A stretch of 61,203 nt of DNA, counting the filler, from Rhabdomonas costata (Eukaryota), in the NCBI GenBank assembly GCA_019059605.1. It is 18 parts of 18 records of this genome, joined end to end, with 100 filler letters (N's around TTAATTAATTAA, not from the genome) between each part and the next. Parts side by side here need not be neighbours in the genome. Positions count along the whole stretch, not along the records: positions 10,228 to 13,537 come from JAHMHO010001021.1; positions 13,638 to 16,946 come from JAHMHO010001022.1; positions 17,047 to 20,355 come from JAHMHO010001023.1; positions 20,456 to 23,771 come from JAHMHO010001024.1; positions 23,872 to 27,178 come from JAHMHO010001025.1; 13 more parts are not named here. One strand, given 5' to 3'. Numbering within the stretch: position 1 is the first letter of the stretch; every line of letters begins with the position of its first letter. Both the position numbers and the translations under genes were made by a program. Below the pieces are notes generated by a model, which worked only from the letters and a program-made list of their open reading frames with translations, did no database searches and had not been told where the DNA came from. Of the stretch, positions 12,719-24,524 are shown in pieces.

Positions 12719-13834
12719 GTGATGTCGGGGGCACGTTCTCACTCCTCCCATCACAAATCCACCTACGAAAGCTCTCTAGAAAGCAGCGCTATGACCTCCT
12801 TTGTGTTTTTGGCTTCAGTGTGCGTCTGTGTTTAGTTGTGGTCCGAAACTGTCGGTGAACGAGCAAACGGTCGATCACACCTTACGGATGGTTCGGCAGG
12901 ATGGATGAGAAGGTGGGAAAACCTGGGGAAACCCAGGGATTTCAGAGACACGAATCTAGTTGCACAGATGCGGGTAGGAAGGACGGAGAGGTGGGTGGGG
13001 CGGAGATTTTATCGGAAGAAGGACAATGTCTGAAAGGTGGAAAGAAAGAGGAGACAAGAGCTTGGCCAAAAATAGAAAATCTTAATTTCGCGGAAGGTGC
13101 ACGGGCAAATTCCGCAGGGTAGACAGACACACAAACCAGAACATAAAGAAGCAGGCTGAGTCCCACACACACTTCCGCATACTCCTAGAAAAGGGTGAAA
13201 GCGTGAGAGGGCGTGGGGTTTAGATGCGGCCGGCTTCCCCAAGGCCGAACGCGAGACCACCACTTGAAAGGTTCCAGCATAGGAAGAATGAATACAGCTC
13301 GAATTCGTACAACCCTGAACGGTTGCTTGCGCTTCTGTCACGTTGTGTTCCGTTGTATTAGGAATTTCTTGTTTTGCAGGTTCATCCATCACAGAATCAT
13401 TTGCTGGCGAGTTAAAAGTCACTTTTGTTTGCGTACGGACTCGATGGGCAGTACGCCGAACATCCGGGATCCGGGCAGAGCCGAGAAAGAACACTGGGAC
13501 TATCTCTCTCTCATTCAGCTGGAAAACCACCACAACANNNNNNNNNNNNNNNNNNNNNNNNNNNNNNNNNNNNNNNNNNNNTTAATTAATTAANNNNNNN
13601 NNNNNNNNNNNNNNNNNNNNNNNNNNNNNNNNNNNNNGGTTTGTGTGACTCGGGGGACTCATTCTTCTTCTTTCGTGGGTCCCAAGACCGCTAACTTCAC
13701 CACAAAGCTGCAGTGTGCGAGCTCTCTGTGTGATGCTTCCAAACGTCTTTGTCTCCACTTGTGTGTGTGTGCTTCGCTGTGTGGTGCGTCGAAACTTTGA
13801 CTGAACTCAGCATTCGCCTCTGCACCTTTTGCAG

Positions 13835-16800
13835 CCGCCTGCATGGGATGCCCTTCCGGCCTTTGCTGGTACTGAGCTCGTCTACGGAGGTCCCCACGGA
13901 CCTGCACGATGTGGCCTACCACCAGAGCTGCGACGCCGTTGTGGTGCCGTACTCCGTGGACAGTCCTGCGGGCAGCACAAAGCAGGTCTGCTGCACCTGG
14001 GTGTTGGAACCCTCCAACCAGCAAACTGAGGCGTCGTCTTCTCGTAGTAATAGTTTGGTGTGCATAAGGCTCTGCGCCAACAGAGAGAAGGACGAATGAC
14101 GAAGGACGTCGTGCGGCAGCACACCCAAAGAAAACTTTTAGGCCCTGGTGTGGACCCGCACCGTAACGTTACCACTTACGGCTCAGTTAACCGTAAAAAG
14201 AGGATCTCCAACGCAAAGTCATCGGTTAAAGTCACCATGAAAAATTCACGTTTGAATTCCTTGCACACTATTTTACACTTATGGAGTGTTTGCTGCTTCA
14301 ATTTTTGCGCGCACTCTTGCGTTGCCACCGCTTTGCTGTCGTGATGGTGCAGTATCTGGGGCTTAATCTCAGCTGATGATTGACATCATGAGGGATGCGC
14401 CGTGCACGGTTGTGCTTCTGGTGGAGCTCTCGTCGGGTGCCGCACCGTCGCCCAGCGCCCGGCTTGCGCAGCCATGGGGCAACCCTCCCCCCGTCCCCAT
14501 GGCCCCGGAGCATGGCCAGGCCGTGCTGGTCTTCTTCTTTGGTGGCCCGGACGACCGCGAGGTTCTGCTGCGCGGCGGCGTGTGGGCGATACGTTGCCGG
14601 GGGGGGTAGAAGGAAGACCTGGCTGCAGTGCTTGCCCACTCTGTAGTTAGCATTCAGGGTGCCATGATTTGAGAAAGATGCGCAAGGGAACACGGGATTT
14701 TGGATTGATTCATGTGCGAGTGGCTTGCCCAGCTTCATGTTGTGTGCTTCGCCTCTGCGGGGTTTCCACGCATACTAGCCGTGCCTTCGGAGTGGACTCT
14801 TGGTTCTATGGCCCGAAGCAGTGCAGTTCTGATCAACCATGAAAACTGTTGTCAGAGCTTAAATACCGTGCCTGTGTGCTGAACGTTTTGGGTGCTGTAA
14901 ATAATTTACCCATTTGGCTCTATCGGGGAATGATCGTGTATTTTTTTTGGCGGTGGATGGGCATGGGTCATTAAGTCGCAAAAAGCTGCATTTGCTGCTT
15001 GTTTCTATGCAGCGCGTGCTGGCAGTTTGCACCTTTCACCTTTCCCTGCCCACCCCTCTGCTCCTCTTTTGTTGTGCAGGCCCTTGCGCACGCTGCTCGG
15101 CTGCTGCAGGCCCCGCTCACGGAGGTCACCGTGGTGCAGTTCATCCACCCCGGAGATGTAAGCTTGTTTTTTGTTGTGGTTTATTTGGCGGTGAAATGTA
15201 TCGTGTATGCGGAGGTTAACAATGAACCCTACGTTTTTCTCCTCTGGACCTGGACTTTCTCTGTGCTGTTTCTTTTTGCCGTGAGTTTTCTTGCACACTT
15301 TTATCCACTTGTGTGCAGCGGTGATTTGTGCTGGTGTGCATCCCCATATATTCTAATGAAAAAATACTTTCCGGAGCCACATTCAGGCACACAGAAAGGT
15401 CTCCGTGAGAATCCAAAGTACCTCTTCCGTGTTTTTTGGTTTTGTGCCCTCTGCCTGTCTTTGTGCCCTCGCCCACAGCTGCGCCGCGAGATTGCTCCCC
15501 CCACGGCCTCCTTCGGGACTTCCGCAAGCCCTCTGGTCGGCGCTCTGGAGGTGCCGCTTCGGAGCCTCGACGAGGACGGACAGTGCCTGAAGCAGTTCAT
15601 GGAGAACGCCGGGCCGAGGGCCCGCCTCCTCCTGCGCCGCGTGTCAGACCCCTCTGCAGCCGCCGTGGCGGTGTGCGCATTGCCTCCACTCGTTTCTCTC
15701 CCTCTTCTCATTTTTACTTTCACTGTTTGTTTGTCAATGGAGAATTAGTATTTTTACGAGGACTATGACAGACAGCTGCATCGTTTCACAGAAACTTGAT
15801 ACTTATCAATATGGTTTGGAAGCAACACTTGCCAACATCAAAAGTGGGGAGCAGGGGAGGGCGCACCCGGGAACCAGGGGACTCTGAGAGAAACCCTCAA
15901 TGAATGGTGTGGATTCTCAAGGTGACCGCCTCCTAACTCCCGAAGCCGGTGTCGCATTTGAGCTTCGCCAGCGTATCACAGCGCCGTCTTTTGCTCTCAG
16001 ATTGCCATGGGGCAGGACGATCTCACGCAAGCCCCTGGGGAGGGGCCCTCTTATGTGCAGGTGAGACCCACCCCCACCCATCCCCTTCTCTCCGCAGCTG
16101 CCTTTCGCCTTTTTCTTCAAAGCATACCTCACAAAGGTGGATGTCTGCTGGCATTCTCTCTCCCTTCTCCCTTCGCCAGTTGGGGCGCTTATGCTCAAGC
16201 TCATGCTTCGGTCGTCCGTTTTTTGGGTCAAAGTTGGCTGTGACGATATCCCCCCCTCTGTGTGTGTGTGTGTTTGTGTTTCGAAATCGACTGTGATCTG
16301 TGTGTGCATGCGCTGCAGTCGCTGCAGGGCCCGAGCTTCGACGTCGTTGTTGTGGGGCGAGGGGTGCTGCAGCCCGGCGGCGTCTTCACGGAGCAGCGCC
16401 GAGCGTGCCCCTCGCGGCGCCAGGAGGTGCTGGGGTACCTCGCCGAGGCCCTCGTCTCCGCCCACGTCGGTGCGGAAACGCTCTCTCCCTCGCGTTTGCG
16501 CACACTGCTAGGTGCGCGGTTGGTCTTTCTTCGCTGCCTATTTTACTGTCGCACGTTTTTGACTTGGGATAGAGGAGATAAGAGGACGAATGGAAGGTTG
16601 GGAACAGAAAACATGTTCCTCTCTTGCACACGCGCCGCCAGGGTGCTTGCACAATGAACCCTACCGCACGGTTGAGAGCCGTGAGGTTGCACACCACTCA
16701 ACAGACCAAGGTCCATCCGTTGTGGGTTGGGCAGATGCCTTCTTCACTCACACTCATACACACAATCACCTGCTCCCCTCCGTCACAGCCGATGGCCCCC

Positions 16801-16946
16801 GGGAGGGTGCCAAGCACTGCCCCCTGCTGCTCCTCGTGCAAGCTCCCACCCCAACCTCTGCCCTGCACTGGGGGGACTCTGCCGAGTCCCTGCACATTAA
16901 GCCCCCTGCCGGGGTGGTCCCCCTCTCCTTCATCGCCACCAACCAC
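13835..16946 (+). CDS. CHX/KHA1-like cation/H+ antiporter (CPA2), cytoplasmic C-terminal region; exons 13835-13985, 14373-14561, 15080-15157, 15479-15670, 16001-16060, 16319-16469, 16789-contig end
   Basis: Spliced protein contains IMRDAPCTVVLLVE, VLVFFFGGPDDRE/ALAHAARL...VTVVQF, FDVVVVGR and LGYLAEAL, which are hallmarks of the plant CHX/fungal Kha1 C-tail. Six phase-compatible GT-AG introns. Confidence 0.85.
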
Positions 16947-17549
16947 NNNNNNNNNNNNNNNNNNNNNNNNNNNNNNNNNNNNNNNNNNNNTTAATTAATT
17001 AANNNNNNNNNNNNNNNNNNNNNNNNNNNNNNNNNNNNNNNNNNNNGGTTTGTTGTGGAAGTTAGACCAACACTCCATGTTTCACCACAAAGATATGCTG
17101 CGTTTGCAATAAAATGACTACTCTACGCAATGGGAATCATTGGAAACTATTTTCAATCCACTTTAACGCCACAAAGTCTACGTTTATCTGTATTCATATT
17201 CCCGTACATTATCAGGACTTATGCTTTCTATTAGTAATGTATCGAGGCGCAATCATCCCGCAATCTCTGCCTACTGTTTTCTCTATTGACACATGTGGTC
17301 AAAAACGCATTTTTTTGGGCTCAAAAAATAAAAATGTTTCATCAACTTAGTGGCGTGGCGAGAAAATTTTAAACATTGAATGTTTGCGGAGTAAATTTAA
17401 GCAGTGGAGCCACATTGGCGTAGCCTTACGAAGCGCAAACAAATATCGATTCACACTATCCGGAAAGTCAAACACCCACAAACTCAAAATTGCAAACACG
17501 CAAACATAAAGAACACAAAAAACATTTTCTTCATTTGGATAGGGAGACA

Positions 17550-18540
17550 TTTTTATGTAAGACTCGAGGTTCTTTTCCATCATTAGATCACCACATTGAT
17601 GGCACGTGGCCCATCTGTCCTCTACAGGATGTACCACTTTATTCTACACTGTCTGACATTGCTCGTGTACCCATAGAAATGTATAAGCGTAATTGTACTG
17701 GTGAACGTGGAACACAGAGTGCCCAGTTTAGAGTACTCTTCACTGGCTTCTAACACCATCGCTCGTACATCCAGACTGGCGTGCACTTAACACAGGACGT
17801 GACGTATACCTGTGCCATGCCTCATTGTGTGGCTTTCACGGATTCAATTGCCTGCAATACATCTGTATGAGTGCTTATATGCACTACAAAGCGCTCCATC
17901 CAGTACGCATAGTCTGGTATCTGTTATCACTCCAATCACTGGTCTTCATATACCTCATGTCAAATTCTGTCGCCGACACATCTGTACTACTTTATTCACT
18001 CTTTCCATTTCTTGCTTCTATGTCCATTACTGCCATTCTAATTTATATATTACTCTGATCTCTTCCTGATTTGTAGATATCTATTTGCTATGCTTGCCAT
18101 TTTTTCTCTCCTCCGCGCACTTCAGGCGTCTGGAGTTATTCTGTGTCAATATGTTTTCTCCATGACTCTGCCATCACAACTTGGCGCAGTTTGCTTAATC
18201 TCTGTTTGATGCTTGGTGGCGTTGGTTCTCGGATCTGGCGGCGTCAACTGGGAAACTTTTTGGCCTCTCTTTTACGCCAGATTTCAATTTCAAAGTCCAC
18301 CTGGACACATTGTTTTGCAGTATCTTCCTGTGTTGTTGTCCACTTGATATGTCTCTACATGTGCTTGGCCATATTGTTCTCGTCATTTTTAGTGAATCCG
18401 TGTATTTTGAACGCTACAATTCTGCTCACAATGCCTCCATTTGTCGATGGACGTATCATTCCTTCCGTTAATATTGATTCGCTGGGCTCTTTGTGGTTCC
18501 ACATCTGCTCTTCTTTCCTTTTATGCCTCCATCGTCAATG
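17550..18540 (-). mobile_element. Possible heavily decayed non-LTR (LINE) ORF2 3' region
   Basis: AT-rich, A-biased on the minus strand, with a long frame broken by scattered stops. It contains RPSTNGGI (resembling the post-RT PxxxGG motif) and a downstream CHQCG. Weak. Confidence 0.3.
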
Positions 18541-19429
18541 ACCATCTCGTTCTAGTACTCGATGGTTATTATCACGAATCTCTGTATTTCTCACTCTTCC
18601 ATATCTACCTATGCCTTGCTTTCTCCTTGTACTGTCATTGTACTCGTTGAAGATAGGATTAACCTTTTTATTTTCGTGGTGGCATACTAAACAGTAACAA
18701 CCTACGCCCCCTCATCTTTTCTGGTGTGCGTGCCTTTTCCACAATTTTGCAAGGCAAGGCGTCACTAGCCAAGACGCGGAAAGCTGAAAAAGCCCCGGTT
18801 TTGCACATGGCAAAGCGCCCTTTGCTAAACATGAATAAACCAAGGTCGCTGGCGAGGCGTAGCTTGCCAAGCCGCTGGAGTTGTGGCAAACAGCAAGGCG
18901 TCGTGTGCCAGCTGTTTAAATGGAAATATTTCCGCATTTTTTATTCTGTGAAACAGTTCATAGCCATTGTTACCCCACTGCAGTTTCTGTTTTTAGCATC
19001 TTGTTTTACATGGTACAGGTGAAACTACTGAACCTCGCCGTCACGCAAATTAGGATTGGGCCGCTCCCCTTTACTTATTTCGCTGCAAAAAAAGAATTGG
19101 GTTACGGATTCCCAAGGCTAATTATGGAGTGGACCACCTCAGCCAGGAGGGACAGTTTCCCTGACCTCTGAGATGCTCGCTCAAATTATGGCGCAAGCAA
19201 CGGCAGCTCCGTTGCAGGCAATCAAGCGAATGTAAGGTGAGAAGCTAGTTGAACAGCAGTGCGAAGCAGCATCTCATCGAGCAGTTGGCATCCCCATCAC
19301 AGGAAGACCCGCCAAGGAAGTTGAGGGAGAAAGACCCTCAGTTACCTGTCTACACATGCAACACGGATCACTTCATGCCTTGAATCCTGGAGTTCCAAAT
19401 CGCTTGGGAGAACATGTCATCTGACTGTT

Positions 19430-19940
19430 CACGCGTGACAAGTAGTTTGAGTCCTGGGAGCTGTTCTTACAGGAACTCAAACCCGGGTTTTTCAGCACAC
19501 AAATTAGTGGCGTCTGATCGAGGAGACCGCCCACTGAAGCATGAGAGGTGATTGGCCGAAGTTTCATTTAACAGGGAAGACATACAGAATGTTCATCCCA
19601 GCGCAGTTTAATCATTCATTGATGCTGAACATGATCAAGGGTTTGGACCCCTACCTTTGGCGGAAAGTGATGAAACACCCAAAGCCAACCACCACAGACG
19701 ATGGGAAGCTTTCCGCACCACGCAGCCCACTCTGTCACAACCTGCGGCTGATCCTCCGGCGTCGTGCGCGCCGTTTGCTTCGCCACTATCGGCCCAAGGG
19801 CCGCAACCAATGCAGTTGGAAACGGTGAGGCTCTGGACGCACCAGTCCACATCAATGTCCCCCAATGCCCGGACGATGTCGCAATACATCGTTGGTTACA
19901 AGGTTGAGCAAAACCTACGGAAGGAGCGGCGCTCCTCACC
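19430..19940 (+). mobile_element. Decayed Ty3/gypsy-like gag remnant
   Basis: Frameshifted pieces FESWELFLQELKPGF, MIKGLDPYLWRKV and GPQPMQLETVR resemble retrotransposon gag motifs (W..F...LK..F; KGL.P.L; PM.L[DE]) in the correct order. Confidence 0.5.
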
Positions 19941-20567
19941 AAGAGATTGCGCAGGCTTACGGCAGGCAGCGAGAACGCGAGCCTCGACGCGGAGATCGGC
20001 AGAGCGAAAGGAAGCGGGAAGAGCATAAGGATTATGGCAGCTCCACCTACCACGCTCGTTTTTTCCCAGCCGTGATTTTTCCCTTTCTACCCTTTCCAGC
20101 CGAAGACGTTGGTCCTTAGAGCGCGTCCGACTATTCTAGCATGACCGCGACGCAGAGAAGGCAGAGAATGCAGGGAAAAGGACCACAACGATGTGGAGAA
20201 GGTGCGAAAGACCATTGGGCAGAAGGAAGGGGTCCCCACCCCGTTCGGCCTCTTCCTCTAAGCGGCAATTGGAGAAAGCGTGCGGGCTTCAAGGTTGTCA
20301 CGAACCGGCTTGGTAACCGGCTACCGGGATGGCTGCTCCGCCCGGAAACCCAAAANNNNNNNNNNNNNNNNNNNNNNNNNNNNNNNNNNNNNNNNNNNNT
20401 TAATTAATTAANNNNNNNNNNNNNNNNNNNNNNNNNNNNNNNNNNNNNNNNNNNNCTTTGGTGGGGGGTGGCATGTTCAAACAAGCGTTACTGGATAGGG
20501 GCGGGGGTCACCAAACTGCGGAACCGGAACCCTGCTTTTACGCACTCATACACGCACACAAACACAG

Positions 20568-20695
20568 GGGAGGACGAGGTGCTGTTCCCGCCGCTTTCGC
20601 GGTTCATGGTTGTGGAGGTGCAGTGCAACTTCCCCCAAAACCCTGACAAGGTCACCTTGCGCTTCCTGGAACCCGAGCGTGAGGAGCAGGCGTGA
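20568..20695 (+). CDS. Terminal exon of an ADP-ribosyltransferase (ART) domain protein
   Basis: After cacag|: EDEVLFPPLSRFMVVEV...VTLRFLE..*, i.e. the ExE-V-L-x-PP-xx-F-x-V C-terminal ART motif. Confidence 0.7.
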
Positions 20696-23011
20696 CCTCC
20701 TTGGTGGTGAGGCACTGCAAAGCACAATCTTCTCTCCCGGCGAGGGTAGCACGTCTCTCAGGCGAGCTCGGAGCTCGGGGTGGGTCCCCAGGGTAACTTG
20801 CGACAACCAGCTCTTGGGTCCCCAACCCCATGCACTTTAAAATATGCCGCGTGCGGGTGAGCGACATGGAGGCCTGGATCTTTTCTTCTTCAATTTGGAG
20901 TGGTTGTTGTGATGCCTCATTGCGCAACCCCTTTTCTTGTCACAAACTCACCTGATACTCCCCACATATGAACTCAACTGGAGAATTTTACAGGCAGAAA
21001 ACAGTCTTGAGTCACGCCCGCTGTTGATGGACCACACATGAGACTGGTGTCTAGCGTTGGAACACAGACACACACACGCACACACACAGACGCCCAGTGC
21101 CTTAACACACACGGATTGCGACCGGTACAGAAAATGTAACAAAGAACGTCAGATACTGGGGATAGGACGTGAGACTCTCACCTCCTCCTCCTCCGCCTCC
21201 ACTCTATGCCCCACGCTCCAGGAGCCTCCTGCATTCCAGCTGTGCAGTGTGAGGTCTTCTCTTCATTATTTTCCCTGTGTTTCCCTCACCCTTTTCCAGC
21301 TGATTTTGCGCCTTCCTGAATGTATATACCTCGCTGACTTTATCCAGCGAAATGTTTCCCCTTTCCACCCACTTTTGTGTGTCTCCCCTGTGCCCATGAG
21401 AACGGCCCTACGGTCCCTCTACCATCTTTTGTGCTCGTGACCCTTCATGGAACCTTTTTCTGGAAAGCAAATGGCATTAAGGAAAATTGCGTTGTGTGAG
21501 GTGGTAATTATGTTGATATCCGGGCTGCGGTGTGCATCTTTGGGGGTTTGAATGTCGTCCAGTAGTGGCCTTCTGAGGCGGAGGAATCGCCATCACACCG
21601 TAGACGGGCAAGTGTCGGCTCCAGCAGGCGGAAAGGCCCTGAATGGTGTGACGGTGGAGGTGGGCATTGCGTGTCGACTCCTCCTCCCAAGTAGCCCCTT
21701 TTCGCCCCCACCAACTATGCGCAGCGGTGCTGTCCATTTCATTACCCTCATATTTACGGGTAAGCCACACCTGTAGATAGAGATGCCAGTTGCGGTGACT
21801 TATAATTTGCTCTGTCCTCGGATTGCAACCTTTTTGGCAAGGGTTCAACGTGGGAGGGCGGAAGGGAGGGCGGGATGAACTGACTCCGATTGAAGTACTC
21901 CTGCGCTCTACCCTTAGGGATGCTAAGCAGGCTCGGCCGAAAGCTTATGCTCCCTGTGCGGGCCTGAAAAGGTCCGAGAAAAGCACCGCCGGGCCCTTGA
22001 AAAGTTGGAAGGGCAAAAAAGAAAAGGGATCTTGAAGGGTCCACATCTCGGCGTAGAGAAAGACTCCGAGGCCGGGAAGCGGCCAACCAACTCATCTCGG
22101 AGTGCTAACAGACCACCAAGTATGAGCCCCAACCCTTTACTCTAGCTCGAGTTCTGAGGTCAATGTTAGGTCTCCGGTCCGGTCGGGTCGGGGAGTGACC
22201 ATGGCGGATGTCACCCAGCGAAAAGGGCGAGGTATGGGCCGAAGTAAGTGGTCCTACCCTCCCCCCCCATTTCCGATGAGGTTCCGGAGGTCGGCTGAAG
22301 AGGCTAGACAGGCCCACGTGGTAGAACCTCCAGAACAACGATACGAGAATAACTGTATAACGTCAGTTGTCAGGACGGGTGGTGTGCAGACTTAGACGGT
22401 GCACTGTGTACTGTGTGGGTGTATGGGGGAGGGGGGTTAAACAGGCGGTACGGGCGCTGTTTGGCATTGTCTACAGCAGTCTGATAATAGGGTGAGCACT
22501 CCTCCGACCTCCAGGGCCATAATGCGCCTCATAGCGCAGCCGCGACCATAAGGTGAACCTGTTTGTTGCTAAGGGCACCCTGGGGAACGGGTTGAGTTTT
22601 TGCGTGACCAACAGGGGCAGGGACTGGATGGAATGGCCAGTCATGGCCGCACGTTGACAAGAAAATTCGCTTTTCGCATCGAACTCTTCGTGAGACAATG
22701 CAGAGTAGCTACACTTTACTCAAGCCCGCTTGGAAACAATTTTGGTGACGAAAACTACCTGGTGGTCCTGAGTTAATGACATAACAATAACTTTAACGCT
22801 TTTTTGAACCCTGGGTATGGAGGTGTTGCGTCCTGGGGTTGTGGTCTGGGGATTTTGTAAGTTTTTCGCACACCGGTTTTCATCTTTCCTAGTCACTTAT
22901 TTGCTTTGTGCATCCCCCCCCATGCACACACACATGCGCCAGTCAGTCCACAGTGGTCACCAACAACCAGTCAACCACGCAACCAGGCAACAGCCAGCGC
23001 GAATTGCGCCC

Positions 23012-23035
23012 AACACACACACACACACACACACA
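23012..23035. repeat. (CA)n microsatellite
   Basis: About 12 CA units adjoining the truncated LINE endonuclease. Confidence 0.95.
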
Positions 23036-23039
23036 TTCG

Positions 23040-23745
23040 AAGGAAGCACCGCCAGTGTCGTCGAGGACGGCAAAGGCCTGGCAGGCGCTGAGCATCACCG
23101 TGTTGGCCAGCATGAAGTCTATGCGCCGCGGCTGTACACCAGGCCGCGCGGTGCAGGTAGGCGCCGCTGGGGCCCCGTCCCGCTTGGCGTAGAGGTCGGC
23201 GAGGTCGTGCCAACCCCCGTTAGTGCAAGAGACGGCCAGCGCGGGAGACATGTGGGCCTCCAGGTTGAAGTCCCCCGTGAGCAGGATGGGCACCTCACCC
23301 AAGGCGGCCAGCTCGACCAGCGCGGCGAAGATGGCGGAATCGGCAGCCTTCACGTCCTCCACCGGAGCGTAGAGGGAGGCGACGTGCAAGAAGGAGCGCC
23401 CGCAGCCCCAGGGGATGGTGGCATGGCACCACCGGCCCGCGTCCCAGAGCTGCTGAACTGCCGGGGTCGCCGGGGGGACCGTGCGGATGGGAGTACCGGA
23501 GCGGACGGCGATGGCACAGCCGCCCGCGCGACCGGACCACATGGTGGGGGGGAGCCCGGCGAGATGGAGATAATGGTAACGGGCTTCCCACATGGAATGA
23601 CCCATCCACGCTCCGCCAAGGACCGGGTCATGTAGCGCTGCGCGCCCTCGCCCATGCGCGTCTCCTGCAGCTCCAGGATGTGGCCGGGCAGGCGGGTCAC
23701 CACGTCGCACTGCGAGAGAAGGGAGGTGATATTCGCGGAAGTGAC
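23040..23745 (-). mobile_element. Non-LTR retrotransposon AP-endonuclease (EEP) domain fragment, frameshifted and truncated
   Basis: ANITSL...ILELQETR in one frame, then GGCAIAVR...VASLYAP...ILLTGDFNL...PTC...RRIDFML in the next. Frameshift near 23550-23580. The terminal SDH motif is missing. Confidence 0.85.
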
Positions 23746-24524
23746 ACCCCCAACCCACACACACCCACCACNNNNNNNNNNNNNNNNNNNNNNNNNNNNN
23801 NNNNNNNNNNNNNNNTTAATTAATTAANNNNNNNNNNNNNNNNNNNNNNNNNNNNNNNNNNNNNNNNNNNNGTGGGTGTTGGCACCAAGGCCTGTTACCA
23901 GAGTGGCCTAAGCGAGGAAAATGGCGAAGCAGGCGAAGCCTAAATTGTGATCATTAACAATAGCATCGTATCCGCCATAGATCATGTGATGGTCTCGAAA
24001 ATGTTGTGCATTTTTTCGGGTCCCAGCGCGTTATGACAAAACAGCATAGCAAAATGTTCAAAATTTAAGGAAAATCCTTCTATGCCAACTCAAACCCGCA
24101 TATCGAGCGCATATCGAGAAGGAGCCGTTGAACGTATCGCGTTTTCGGCTGCTTGCGCACGGCCGTGGAAAGCTGGCAAAGATTCCTCCTCTGTCTTTTT
24201 TATGTTCATCACTGTCGAGCTGTAACACAACTGACAGCGGTTCCCTATCATTCACAGGTAGGCTCCGTCGAAGGTCACCAAGCATGCGTGTTAGCTTAAA
24301 CTCCATCAGTAGCCAGTGCAGAGTGTAGTACTCTCGGACTCGACTATCAGCAAACAGATGGCAACAGCCGATCACTGTTCAACGGCGCCGAACGGTGCCG
24401 CGCCCCAAAGTCAGGCACCCTTGCCAATTGAGCTGGCGTGCGCCATCATCAGTCGGGGTGATTCACTGTACCACCCAGGGGCCAGGGATGGGGGGCTTGT
24501 GTGGCTTGCTGCTACGCTTCCGCT

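Noticed and set aside
22295-22320. CTGAAGA + short stem, hammerhead-ribozyme-like
   Set aside because: The required GAAA core after stem II is absent.
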